In this document: piece by piece, positions 8,312-17,279 of the stretch | Position numbering within the stretch: the stretch's first letter is position 1 | How the letters are laid out: each line of letters begins with the position of its first letter | Assembly: GCA_017409065.1 (NCBI GenBank) | Contig: JAFQTK010000107.1 | Span: forward strand, 1-52,941 | Source: a bacterium | GTDB lineage: Bacteria; Cyanobacteriota; Vampirovibrionia; Gastranaerophilales; Gastranaerophilaceae | Length of the DNA stretch: 52,941 nt | Reading direction: 5' to 3' | Made by a program: the position numbers and the translations under genes | The notes under the pieces: generated by a model | The model's database searches: none | Told to the model about the DNA's origin: nothing | What the model saw: only the letters and a program-made list of their open reading frames with translations

Positions 8312-8582
8312 GTTGACTTTCTTCAAAATCTTGAATAAGTTTAATTTTCTCTGCTCGGGTCAAAGTTTTTTTAATTCTATATTCTTCTTTTTGAGCTTCT
8401 TGTTTCGTTTCAAACTCTTTAAAATAAGCTATTTTAACTGGCTTGAACGCTCTTGTATATTTTGCTGCTAAACCTTGCTTATGTTTCTCAAATCGTTTTT
8501 CAAGGTCATCAGTATAGCCACAATAATAAGTATTTTTTTCAGTTAATAGAATGTATGTGTAATATTTTTTGTTCATTTTCAA
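8292..8582 (-). CDS. GIY-YIG nuclease superfamily protein (UPF0213/YhbQ-like)
   Basis: 96 aa. 'YYTYILLTEKNTYYCGYTDDLEKRFEKHKQG' is the GIY-YIG motif block, and 'KEFETKQEAQKEEYRIKK' is the conserved Glu region. Confidence 0.85.
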   Translation of the reverse strand: MKMNKKYYTYILLTEKNTYYCGYTDDLEKRFEKHKQGLAAKYTRAFKPVKIAYFKEFETKQEAQKEEYRIKKTLTRAEKIKLIQDFEESQPKENKI

Positions 8583-9546
8583 TTATTTCATCAAGTAAAG
8601 TCAAAATTGACTGATAACTATCTTCTGTAACCAACTTACCTCGATAAGCTCCACCGCCACGAATACCTTTTATATAATACGGATAGAACTTACGGAAAAA
8701 TTTTATACCATTTTCTTCACCACGATGAGAAATTTCCCAATCGAGATGTGATTTTAGCGTTGCTATTTTTTCTGCTAATGTTTGAGGTGGAAGTATTTCC
8801 CCCGTTTCAAAATAATGCTCTATTTGTTTGAATATGTACGGATTTCCCAACGCACCTCTACCGATAGCCAATCCATCTGCTTTAGAAAGATTAAGACACT
8901 CAATAGCAGTTTCAATATTCACAATATCACCATTTGCATAGATAGGAATAGAAACTTCCTGCTTTAATTTTGAAATTTCAGCCCAATCAGCTTTTCCCGC
9001 ATACATTTGGCTCCGAGTTCTGGCATGAATTGTTATTGCATCAGCTCCTGATTCTTCCATCAATTTACCAAATTCAACAAAATTTTTAGTATCAAAAGTC
9101 CATCCAAGCCTGAATTTTACAGTTACGGGCTTATTGATTGTATCTTTTATTGCCTTAACAATATCTGCTGCAATTTGCGGTGTTTTCATCAGTGCAGAAC
9201 CATCTCCACCACAAACAACCTTTTTCACGGGACAACCCATATTAACATCAATAAAATCTGCCCTATCTTCTATAATTTTAGCCGCTTTTGCCATCAAATG
9301 AGGTTTGTGACCCGAAAGCTGAAACGCTAACGGAGATTCAAAGCCTGTGGATTCTAAAATTTTTGCTGTGGGATTGTTCACCAAAGCTTCTGAACTTAGC
9401 ATTTCAGTAACCAGCAAACACTCCTTATCCATTTGACGAACCATACTTCGCAAAACAGTATCGGTAATTCCAGCCATCGGAGCTAGCATTAGGTTTGAAT
9501 TTAATTGTATATTTCCTATTTTAATCTTTTTAGTTTGCATATTCAT
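8539..9546 (-). CDS. dusB: tRNA-dihydrouridine synthase
   Basis: 335 aa. Motifs 'LAPMAGITD', 'DVNMGCPVKKV', 'VTVKFRLGW' and 'ITIHARTR' are typical Dus/TIM-barrel flavoenzyme motifs. Confidence 0.9.
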   Translation of the reverse strand: MNMQTKKIKIGNIQLNSNLMLAPMAGITDTVLRSMVRQMDKECLLVTEMLSSEALVNNPTAKILESTGFESPLAFQLSGHKPHLMAKAAKIIEDRADFIDVNMGCPVKKVVCGGDGSALMKTPQIAADIVKAIKDTINKPVTVKFRLGWTFDTKNFVEFGKLMEESGADAITIHARTRSQMYAGKADWAEISKLKQEVSIPIYANGDIVNIETAIECLNLSKADGLAIGRGALGNPYIFKQIEHYFETGEILPPQTLAEKIATLKSHLDWEISHRGEENGIKFFRKFYPYYIKGIRGGGAYRGKLVTEDSYQSILTLLDEIIENEQKILHIHSIN

Positions 9547-11683
9547 TTAAGGCTTGAATACGAGATTGTGCATATTGAGTGTATTCATTTTGTTCATTTA
9601 CCAAAGACAGATATTTTTGATAATTACTTAGAGCTTCATTATAACGCTTTAAATATTCTAAATCCAGTGCTATTGAATAATAAATCTCAGGAATTGAATT
9701 TGAAATATTTACCGCTTTTTGATATTCAACAAGAGCTTGTGCGTATTTTTTTTGAACGTCGAAAATCATTCCCTTGTAATAATAAGCGTGAGCATTATTT
9801 TTATTTTGAGATAATATATTATTCAATACAGCAAGTGCATTGGTATAATCCCCTTTATTATACATATCTAAAGCTCTGGAAAGCGAACTTTCATCTTGTT
9901 TATCAATTGCATATTTATAAAGTTCTTTGATATTTGAGTTATTCGGTTGTATTGTCAAAGCTTTTGCTAAATAGCTTTTTGCATTTGACCAATCATCTAT
10001 GTTTAAATATGCCTGTCCAAGATAAGTTGCAATATCTGCATTGTTCGGACTTTTAGACATAGCGATTTTATAATATTCAATGGCTTTTTTATCTTCATTC
10101 ATCGCCTGATAGCAAGACCCTATATTTATATAGGTATCGACCGTCTTAGGTTCTATTGCCATATATTGAGCAATCGCATCCGCATACCTGCCATCTTTAT
10201 ATAAGTTGGATGCCGAATCAGATTTCGCAATTGCAATATCTGATTTTAACTCAGTGTCATATTTTCTAAGTATTTCACTATTTGGACTTACCAGCAACCC
10301 TTTTTTAATTGTATTAGTAGCATTCTCCAAATCACTTTTTTGTCTGTAAGCCTGTGCTAAGTTTATGTATGCATCTATATTTTTAGGATTAAGTTGAAGT
10401 GTTTTTGAGTAATTTATTATAGCCTCGTCAATGCGATTTGCTTTGTGCAATTCATATGCGTAATTATAAAGTGTATCCGCATCAGCCTGTCCTGATTGCA
10501 CAACTTCAGCATAGTTTTCCAACATCTCTTCCGGAGTAGAAGTTTGACTCATTGCCTCAAACATCAATTTTCTTACTTCTGCGTTATTCGGTTCTATTGC
10601 GAGTAATTTTTTGTACTCTTGCACCGCTTTATCAAATTGTTTTAATTCAGAAAGACATATCGCCTTATAATATCTTGCAGAAGTATTTTTAGGGTCAAAC
10701 TGTAAAACATCATCATAAGCATTTATCGCCAAATTATATTCTTTTTGCCCTTGGTAAAGAGTTCCTATATTAAACCTTGTTGTTAAATTTCGTGGATTTA
10801 AAGTTTTTGCCTTTGCATACTCTTCTAATGCCTTTGTATTATCACCAAGTTTTTGATAAACCGCTCCAAGGTTTGTATGAGCCTCGGCATTATTTGGAGA
10901 ATTTCCTATCTTTTTTATCCATATACTTTCTAATTCAAGCAAAAGTGGCATATTATTATCAACTTGTGCAAGAGTATAGTTATACTCAGTATTTGCAAGA
11001 TTCGCTTCCCCAAGTTCATCATACGCTTTTGCCAGTTTCAAATGAGTATCAGCATTTTTATTATTAGAATTTAATGCTTTTTTATAATAATCGACCGCTT
11101 GTTGATGATTCCCAAGTATTGTATATAAATCACCGGTCTGAACAAAGCAATCTTCTTTTATTGATGCTTCAGCAGCAGCTTGTATAAATTCGTATGCACT
11201 TGCCGCAAATTCGCCTTCTTTGCGTAAATTTTTAGCTAACTGATACCTGTTTTTAAGATTTGTAGCAATCTGAGTTTGTGAATATAAATGTGCCAAATTA
11301 TTTTCATTATCTCTAATTGCATTAATTGCCGAATTATCTGTCATTTTCAGCCCATAATATTTCAAATAAAATAATGCTGAACGCAAATCAGTCATAGCTT
11401 TCATATACTCTTTTGAAGTATTGTTATAATAAGTTGCCCTTAGCAGATAATTATTTATCAATCCGATACGGATATTATTGTCATAGGGGTTTAATCTCAA
11501 CCCTTTTTTAAGTTCATCAATTGCAGTTGAATATTGGTTATTTTTTGAATATTGCTCTGCCCGTTCAAAATATACTTGTGCTTCAACAACATCCCTTTGA
11601 GATACGGCAGCAAAAACATTTAAGTTGCTTAAACTGCACAAAATTGCTGCAACTAAAATTTTTCTATACATCACAATCCTCAC
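9530..11683 (-). CDS. secreted/periplasmic tetratricopeptide (TPR) repeat protein
   Basis: 717 aa. It has an N-terminal signal peptide 'MYRKILVAAILCSLSNLNVFA'. After that come many ~34-aa repeats with the A..Y..AL..(D/N)P.N pattern. Confidence 0.85.
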   Translation of the reverse strand: MRIVMYRKILVAAILCSLSNLNVFAAVSQRDVVEAQVYFERAEQYSKNNQYSTAIDELKKGLRLNPYDNNIRIGLINNYLLRATYYNNTSKEYMKAMTDLRSALFYLKYYGLKMTDNSAINAIRDNENNLAHLYSQTQIATNLKNRYQLAKNLRKEGEFAASAYEFIQAAAEASIKEDCFVQTGDLYTILGNHQQAVDYYKKALNSNNKNADTHLKLAKAYDELGEANLANTEYNYTLAQVDNNMPLLLELESIWIKKIGNSPNNAEAHTNLGAVYQKLGDNTKALEEYAKAKTLNPRNLTTRFNIGTLYQGQKEYNLAINAYDDVLQFDPKNTSARYYKAICLSELKQFDKAVQEYKKLLAIEPNNAEVRKLMFEAMSQTSTPEEMLENYAEVVQSGQADADTLYNYAYELHKANRIDEAIINYSKTLQLNPKNIDAYINLAQAYRQKSDLENATNTIKKGLLVSPNSEILRKYDTELKSDIAIAKSDSASNLYKDGRYADAIAQYMAIEPKTVDTYINIGSCYQAMNEDKKAIEYYKIAMSKSPNNADIATYLGQAYLNIDDWSNAKSYLAKALTIQPNNSNIKELYKYAIDKQDESSLSRALDMYNKGDYTNALAVLNNILSQNKNNAHAYYYKGMIFDVQKKYAQALVEYQKAVNISNSIPEIYYSIALDLEYLKRYNEALSNYQKYLSLVNEQNEYTQYAQSRIQALNEYAN

Positions 11684-11817
11684 TGATGAACAAACTCCTT
11701 ATTTATTTTATCTCAATCTAATATTTTTGAACAGTATTAACATTACCCTTTTGACTATTTGTCCTATTTATTGGTTTTTGTTATAATGCCAGTAAATAAT
11801 ATATAGGATTAAAATAA

Positions 11818-12465
11818 ATGAGAAAATTTACTAAACGAGATGCAAAAGAATTTAATAGATGGAGAGCGTTTTTCCAATGGTTTGTCGTAAATTTCATTTA
11901 TGGATTTTATTATAAAGTTATGTATCGCCTTGAAGTACAAGGACGAGAAAATATCCCTAAAAATAAAAAGTTCATTTGTGCTGCAAATCACCTCTCTGCA
12001 GCTGATCCATTTTTAACAATTTTTGCAACAAGAAAACCAACTGCGTATATGGCAAAAGAAGATTTGTTCCACTCAAACTTTTTGATGACATTATTTTTGG
12101 ATTGGCTAGGTGCTTTTGCAGTTAATAGAGATAAATTAGATGTTTCTACAATAAAAACAGCTTTATCTGTAAAAAATTCCAATTGGGTTTTAGGATTATT
12201 TCCTCAAGGTACCAGAGTTTTAAATGGGAAAATTGAAGACGTGTCCAGAGGTTTTGCAGCACTCGCAAAAACTACAAAAACTGATATACTACCGATTGCA
12301 ATAATCGGAGCAGATAAAAAAACTAAAATTCCATTTACCGGAAAAGTAATTTTGAAAATTGGTGAGAGTATTCCTGTTTGTGATGATATTGATTTGATGG
12401 TTGAACAATGGTGCGAATCAATAGCTAAAATGACAGGGTTGGAATATGTAAAGGCAACAGTATGA
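11818..12465 (+). CDS. plsC: 1-acyl-sn-glycerol-3-phosphate acyltransferase family protein
   Basis: 215 aa. It carries the HX4D motif 'AANHLSAADPF' and the blocks 'FAVNRD' and 'GLFPQGTR'. Confidence 0.85.
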   Translation: MRKFTKRDAKEFNRWRAFFQWFVVNFIYGFYYKVMYRLEVQGRENIPKNKKFICAANHLSAADPFLTIFATRKPTAYMAKEDLFHSNFLMTLFLDWLGAFAVNRDKLDVSTIKTALSVKNSNWVLGLFPQGTRVLNGKIEDVSRGFAALAKTTKTDILPIAIIGADKKTKIPFTGKVILKIGESIPVCDDIDLMVEQWCESIAKMTGLEYVKATV

Positions 12466-13181
12466 AAAGAGAAAATTTTACCAGAAGATATCAGTCCGAA
12501 TACAATTGGTATAGACTTTTTTCACAGTTCTATGCTGTATGGTGTATTTGTAAACCTTTTTGGGCCTTATTTTACAAAATAGAAATAATCGGCCGTGAAA
12601 ATATTCCTAAAGACCGAAAGATTATACCGGCTGCCAACCATATTTCATATTTTGACCCATTTTTAGTTTTCATGGCAACTTGGCGACCCGTTGCGTTTAT
12701 GGCAAAAAAAGAACTATTTGAACGCAGCTCTAAAAACACGTTAAAAGCCAAAATTCTTGATAACTGGCGTATAGGTTGGCTTGACCGACTAGGTGCTTTT
12801 TCCGTAAATAGAGAAAAATTAGAAGTTTCAACCATCAAAACTGCTAAAGATGCACTAAAAACTAAACGTTGGACACTTGGAATTTTTCCACAAGGCGGAA
12901 TCAGAAAAAATAAAAAAATTGAAAATGTAAACAAAGGTTTTGCTGTTCTTGCAAAAATGGTAGGAGTAGATATTCTTCCGATTGGAATTACCGGATGTGA
13001 GAGTTATAACTGGGATTTTTGGCACAAATCCAAAATCACCATAAGAATAGGAAAACCAATTTCTTCATCCTTAGAAATTGACGAAATCCAACGTCAATGG
13101 GCTGTTGAAGTTGCCAGATTATGTGATTATGAATGCGTTTTAGACCAACCTAACGAAGTTAAAGAAGTAATCGCTAAATAA
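12462..13181 (+). CDS. second PlsC-like lysophospholipid acyltransferase (tandem paralog)
   Basis: 239 aa. Motifs 'AANHISYFDPF', 'FSVNRE' and 'GIFPQGG'. An ATGA overlap joins it to the upstream paralog. Confidence 0.8.
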   Translation: MKRENFTRRYQSEYNWYRLFSQFYAVWCICKPFWALFYKIEIIGRENIPKDRKIIPAANHISYFDPFLVFMATWRPVAFMAKKELFERSSKNTLKAKILDNWRIGWLDRLGAFSVNREKLEVSTIKTAKDALKTKRWTLGIFPQGGIRKNKKIENVNKGFAVLAKMVGVDILPIGITGCESYNWDFWHKSKITIRIGKPISSSLEIDEIQRQWAVEVARLCDYECVLDQPNEVKEVIAK

Positions 13182-13205
13182 TTTTATTCCATAAATATTT
13201 GAAGT

Positions 13206-13766
13206 TTATTCTGCATCTGAATTGTGGTTATCAGATTTTTTTTGAGCTACATTTTCAACTTTTTCTGTTTCCTTTAATTTCGAATCAGATATAGGCTTAT
13301 TTTTAACCTGTTTTATAGGTTTTTGTTTTTTTTCAATTTTTTCTTTTTTAAGTTTAGGTTTGACTATTTCTTTAGGTTCTAAAGTTTGTTTAGTTTCTTC
13401 CTTAGGAACCTCAACAACAACAGGTTCTGCAACAGTTTCAACCTTTTTTATTTCTTCTTGTTTATCTTCTTGCAATTCTTTCAATTTCTCAGCCTGCTTC
13501 GCTTCATCTATTTTATATTTAACCCCTTTTTTAACATAAATATTTTTATTTGAAGAATATGAAGGAGAATAAGCCCAACTTGAAGTCCCTCTATAATCAG
13601 ATTTACCTTTATAATATTGAATATATTGTCTATTATCAATTTGTTGTTTTGTTCCCATTTTATGCAATTCAGACTTATGCACGGAATGTTCGTGCAAAGC
13701 ATTATATGCCTCAACCGGCAAGGCGAGGCATATCAATGAAATTGAAAACATTAAAAATCTTTTCAT
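13206..13766 (-). CDS. secreted Lys/Glu-rich low-complexity protein, unknown function
   Basis: 186 aa. Signal peptide 'MKRFLMFSISLICLALPVEA', then a charged K/E/P-rich tail. Its start overlaps the pilT stop by 1 nt (TAATG on the minus strand). Confidence 0.6.
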   Translation of the reverse strand: MKRFLMFSISLICLALPVEAYNALHEHSVHKSELHKMGTKQQIDNRQYIQYYKGKSDYRGTSSWAYSPSYSSNKNIYVKKGVKYKIDEAKQAEKLKELQEDKQEEIKKVETVAEPVVVEVPKEETKQTLEPKEIVKPKLKKEKIEKKQKPIKQVKNKPISDSKLKETEKVENVAQKKSDNHNSDAE

Positions 13767-14842
13767 TAATTAAATAAACCAACAAGTCTTTTAAACTCTT
13801 CAGGGCGAGATGTTTTCATTAATGCATCTTCCATAGTTATTTTCTTGCTAAGGTACAAATCTTTAAGAGCCATTTCAATAGTTTGCATACCATAACTTGC
13901 CCCTGTTTGCATTACAGAATAAAGCTGAGCTGTTTTTCCTTCACGGATAAGGTTCGCAACAGCAGAGTTAACAATCAAGATTTCTTGTGCCATTACACGA
14001 CCTTGTTTAGTAATGCCATCATCAGATAATTTAGGCAAAAGAGTTTGAGAAAATACTGCCGTTAATGAGTTTGAAAGCATAATTCTTATTTGCTGTTGTT
14101 GCCCTTGTGGGAAAACGTCAATCATACGGTCAACCGTTTGAGCAGCTGATGAGGTGTGCAAAGTTCCCATAACAAGGTGACCTGTTTCTGCTGCTGTAAT
14201 TGCAAGCGAAATAGTTTCCAAGTCACGCAACTCACCTACCAAAATAATATCAGGGTCTTCACGCAATGCTGATTTTAATGCATTTGAGAATGAACGTGTG
14301 TCTTGACCTAATTCACGTTGATGCACAATACTTTTTTTAGACATATGCACAAACTCGACAGGGTCTTCAATTGTCAAAATGTGTTCTGCACGATTCGCAT
14401 TTATATGGTCAATCATCGTTGCCAATGTGGTTGATTTACCTGAACCTGTTGGACCTGTAACCAAAATCAACCCTCTTGGTTTGTCCGTAATTTCTCTGAC
14501 AATTTCAGGCAAACCTAATTGTTCAAACGATGGAGCTTCTGAGTTAATTGAACGAAACGCTCCGGCATAATTACCTCTATCTTTATAAATGTTAACCCTG
14601 AATCGTCCCAAACCATAGACCCCATAGGATAAATCTAATTCCCAATATTGCTCTAATGTACGACGTTGTTCGTTATTTAACATCGGGAAAATTAAAGATT
14701 CCACGTCATCTGAAGTCAATGGCGGCATATCTATACGAGTAAGTTCACCATCTACACGAATAACCGGAGGTAAACCGGTTGAAATATGCAAGTCACTTGC
14801 TTTTCTTTCTCGTACTATTTCCAATAATTCATCAATTAACAT
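13766..14842 (-). CDS. pilT: type IV pilus retraction ATPase PilT
   Basis: 358 aa. Walker A 'GPTGSGKSTT'. 'ILTIEDPVEF', 'ILVGELRD' and 'TGHLVMGTLHT' are PilT/GspE-family signatures. The size fits PilT rather than PilB. Confidence 0.9.
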   Translation of the reverse strand: MLIDELLEIVRERKASDLHISTGLPPVIRVDGELTRIDMPPLTSDDVESLIFPMLNNEQRRTLEQYWELDLSYGVYGLGRFRVNIYKDRGNYAGAFRSINSEAPSFEQLGLPEIVREITDKPRGLILVTGPTGSGKSTTLATMIDHINANRAEHILTIEDPVEFVHMSKKSIVHQRELGQDTRSFSNALKSALREDPDIILVGELRDLETISLAITAAETGHLVMGTLHTSSAAQTVDRMIDVFPQGQQQQIRIMLSNSLTAVFSQTLLPKLSDDGITKQGRVMAQEILIVNSAVANLIREGKTAQLYSVMQTGASYGMQTIEMALKDLYLSKKITMEDALMKTSRPEEFKRLVGLFN

Positions 14843-14985
14843 CTATTCAACTCCACAATAATCTTAATTTATTTTACACTTTTTTTCTCATTTTGAAAAT
14901 AAAAAGTTTTCCTATAATATAATAATATTATGAGATTACAAAAAATTCAATTTTTATAAGAATTTTACGCAAAAAAGAGGATATT

Positions 14986-15807
14986 ATGACAGAAATCAAA
15001 AAGATTAAATTAAACGATTTTGTAATCGGAGGAGATACTCTTACGATTTTGGCAGGACCATGTGTTATTGAAGACAAAGACATGGTTTTTGAAACAGCCA
15101 AAGAACTTAAAAAAATCACTACTGAATTAGGAATAAATTTTGTTTTCAAATCCTCTTATGACAAAGCAAACAGAAGCTCTATAAATTCATATAGAGGCCC
15201 CGGAATAAAAGAAGGACTTGAAATTCTTAATGAAATAAAATTAAAATTGAATGTTCCGATAGTCACAGATATCCATTCACCGGAACAAGCTGCTGTTGCA
15301 GCTGAAGTTGCAGACATTTTGCAAATTCCTGCATTTTTATGCAGACAAACAGACTTGCTCGTAGCTGCCGCAAAAACAGGTAAGATTGTAAATATTAAAA
15401 AGGGTCAATTCCTAGCCCCACAACAAATGAAACCTCTAGCCCAAAAAGTTTCAGATTCAGGCAACGATAATATCTTATTTACAGATAGAGGCACAACTTT
15501 TGGGTACAACAACTTGGTTACTGACATGAGAGGCATACAAATAATGCAAGAACTCGGTTACCCTGTTGTATTTGATGCAACTCATAGTGTCCAATTACCC
15601 GGTGGGTTAGGAGAATGCTCTGGCGGGGATAGAAAGTTTGTACCACTTCTTGCAAAATCTGCTGTCGCAGCAGGTGCAAAAGCACTATTTTTCGAAGTTC
15701 ATCCTGACCCTGACAAAGCTCTTTGCGATGGTCCTAACATGGTAAAACTTTCGGAAGCAAAAAATGTATTCAAAATATGCAATGACATTTTTAAAATAGT
15801 TCAGTAA
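14986..15807 (+). CDS. kdsA: 2-dehydro-3-deoxyphosphooctonate (KDO-8-P) aldolase
   Basis: 273 aa. Motifs 'ILAGPCVIE', 'FKSSYDKANRSS', 'LQIPAFLCRQTDLL' and 'FDATHSVQLPGG'. Confidence 0.92.
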   Translation: MTEIKKIKLNDFVIGGDTLTILAGPCVIEDKDMVFETAKELKKITTELGINFVFKSSYDKANRSSINSYRGPGIKEGLEILNEIKLKLNVPIVTDIHSPEQAAVAAEVADILQIPAFLCRQTDLLVAAAKTGKIVNIKKGQFLAPQQMKPLAQKVSDSGNDNILFTDRGTTFGYNNLVTDMRGIQIMQELGYPVVFDATHSVQLPGGLGECSGGDRKFVPLLAKSAVAAGAKALFFEVHPDPDKALCDGPNMVKLSEAKNVFKICNDIFKIVQ

Positions 15808-15818
15808 TTTGGTGGATT

Positions 15819-17186
15819 ATGGCAAAAACTAAAACAAAATGGATTTGTCAATCTTGTGGCTATGAAACGATTAAATATATTGGCAAATGCCCTGATTGCG
15901 GTGATTGGGGAACTCTTGTTGAAGAAACTGAAACAACAATAAACAATTCAACCACAATAATAGATAACTCCGAACCTGCTTGTCCTATAAATAAAGTTGA
16001 ACTTAGCAATGCCATTCGATTTTCAACAGGACTATCTGAATTTGACAGAACTTTGGGCGGCGGATTTGTACAAGGTTCTTTAGTTTTAATTGCAGGTGAT
16101 CCCGGAATAGGAAAATCAACAATACTTTTGCAAACCTCTAATTCCATCGCAAAATCAAGAAAAGTTTTATATGTTTCTGCTGAAGAATCAGCATCTCAAG
16201 TTAAATTGAGAGCTGATAGACTAAACGTAAACGAGGATAATCTTTTCATATATTCTCAATCTAATTTTGAACTTATAAAAAAACAATTGGAAGACATCAA
16301 ACCTGATGTTCTAATTGTTGACAGCATTCAAGCAGTTTACACGCAACATATTACATCATCTCCTGGGAGTGTTTCTCAAATAAGAGAATGCACTAACGAG
16401 TTGATGACAATAGCAAAAACTCAAAATATCACTATAATTGTCGTCGGACACGTTACTAAAGACGGAACAATTGCAGGACCAAAAGTCCTTGAACATATGG
16501 TCGATACCGTTATACATTTTGAAGGAGATAGATATAAATCATACAGAATCCTACGTTCTATAAAAAATCGCTTTGGAAACACATCAGAAGTCGGAATCTT
16601 TGAAATGAAAGACAACGGCTTAGAAGAAGTACTTAATCCAAGCCAACTTTTCCTTCACGAACGAGAAAAAAATACCACATCAGGAAATATTGTAATAGCG
16701 ACAAAAGAAGGTACAAGACCTGTTTTAATTGAATTACAAGCACTTGTGGGTCAAACGTCCTATCCATCACCCCGCAGAGTTGTTAACGGAATTGATTATA
16801 ACAGATTACTGCAAATTCTCGCTGTACTTGAAAAGAGAATCGGCTTAAACTTAAGTAAATTAGATGTCTATGTAAACGTAATCGGCGGAATAGATATCGA
16901 TGAACCTGCTGCAGACTTGGGTATTGCACTTGCAGTTGCGACCTGTGCAAGAGATGTAATTGTTAGCCCTGACACTGTTATTATCGGTGAAGTCGGACTT
17001 TCAGGGGAAATCAGAGGGGTAAGTAATCTTGATGCTCGAATAAAGGAATGTGAAAAACTAGGTTTTAAAAAAGTAATAGTGCCTGCTTCCGAAAAATTAA
17101 ATCCAAAAGACTTTAACATAGAAGTAATCCCCGTCAAAAGATTAATGGATGCCATTTCTGCTTGTGTTTTTAAAGATGAACAATAA
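15819..17186 (+). CDS. radA: DNA repair protein RadA/Sms
   Basis: 455 aa. N-terminal zinc ribbon 'CQSCGYETIKYIGKCPDCGDWGT', Walker A 'GDPGIGKST', a 'KNRFG' motif and a Lon-like C-terminal domain. Confidence 0.92.
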   Translation: MAKTKTKWICQSCGYETIKYIGKCPDCGDWGTLVEETETTINNSTTIIDNSEPACPINKVELSNAIRFSTGLSEFDRTLGGGFVQGSLVLIAGDPGIGKSTILLQTSNSIAKSRKVLYVSAEESASQVKLRADRLNVNEDNLFIYSQSNFELIKKQLEDIKPDVLIVDSIQAVYTQHITSSPGSVSQIRECTNELMTIAKTQNITIIVVGHVTKDGTIAGPKVLEHMVDTVIHFEGDRYKSYRILRSIKNRFGNTSEVGIFEMKDNGLEEVLNPSQLFLHEREKNTTSGNIVIATKEGTRPVLIELQALVGQTSYPSPRRVVNGIDYNRLLQILAVLEKRIGLNLSKLDVYVNVIGGIDIDEPAADLGIALAVATCARDVIVSPDTVIIGEVGLSGEIRGVSNLDARIKECEKLGFKKVIVPASEKLNPKDFNIEVIPVKRLMDAISACVFKDEQ

Positions 17187-17279
17187 AATAATTTACAAAA
17201 GTATAAAAACATCCCAAATTAAGCAAATTTAATATTTTTAAAGTTTTTATATATTTGTGTAGACTATGAAGGGATAGTT

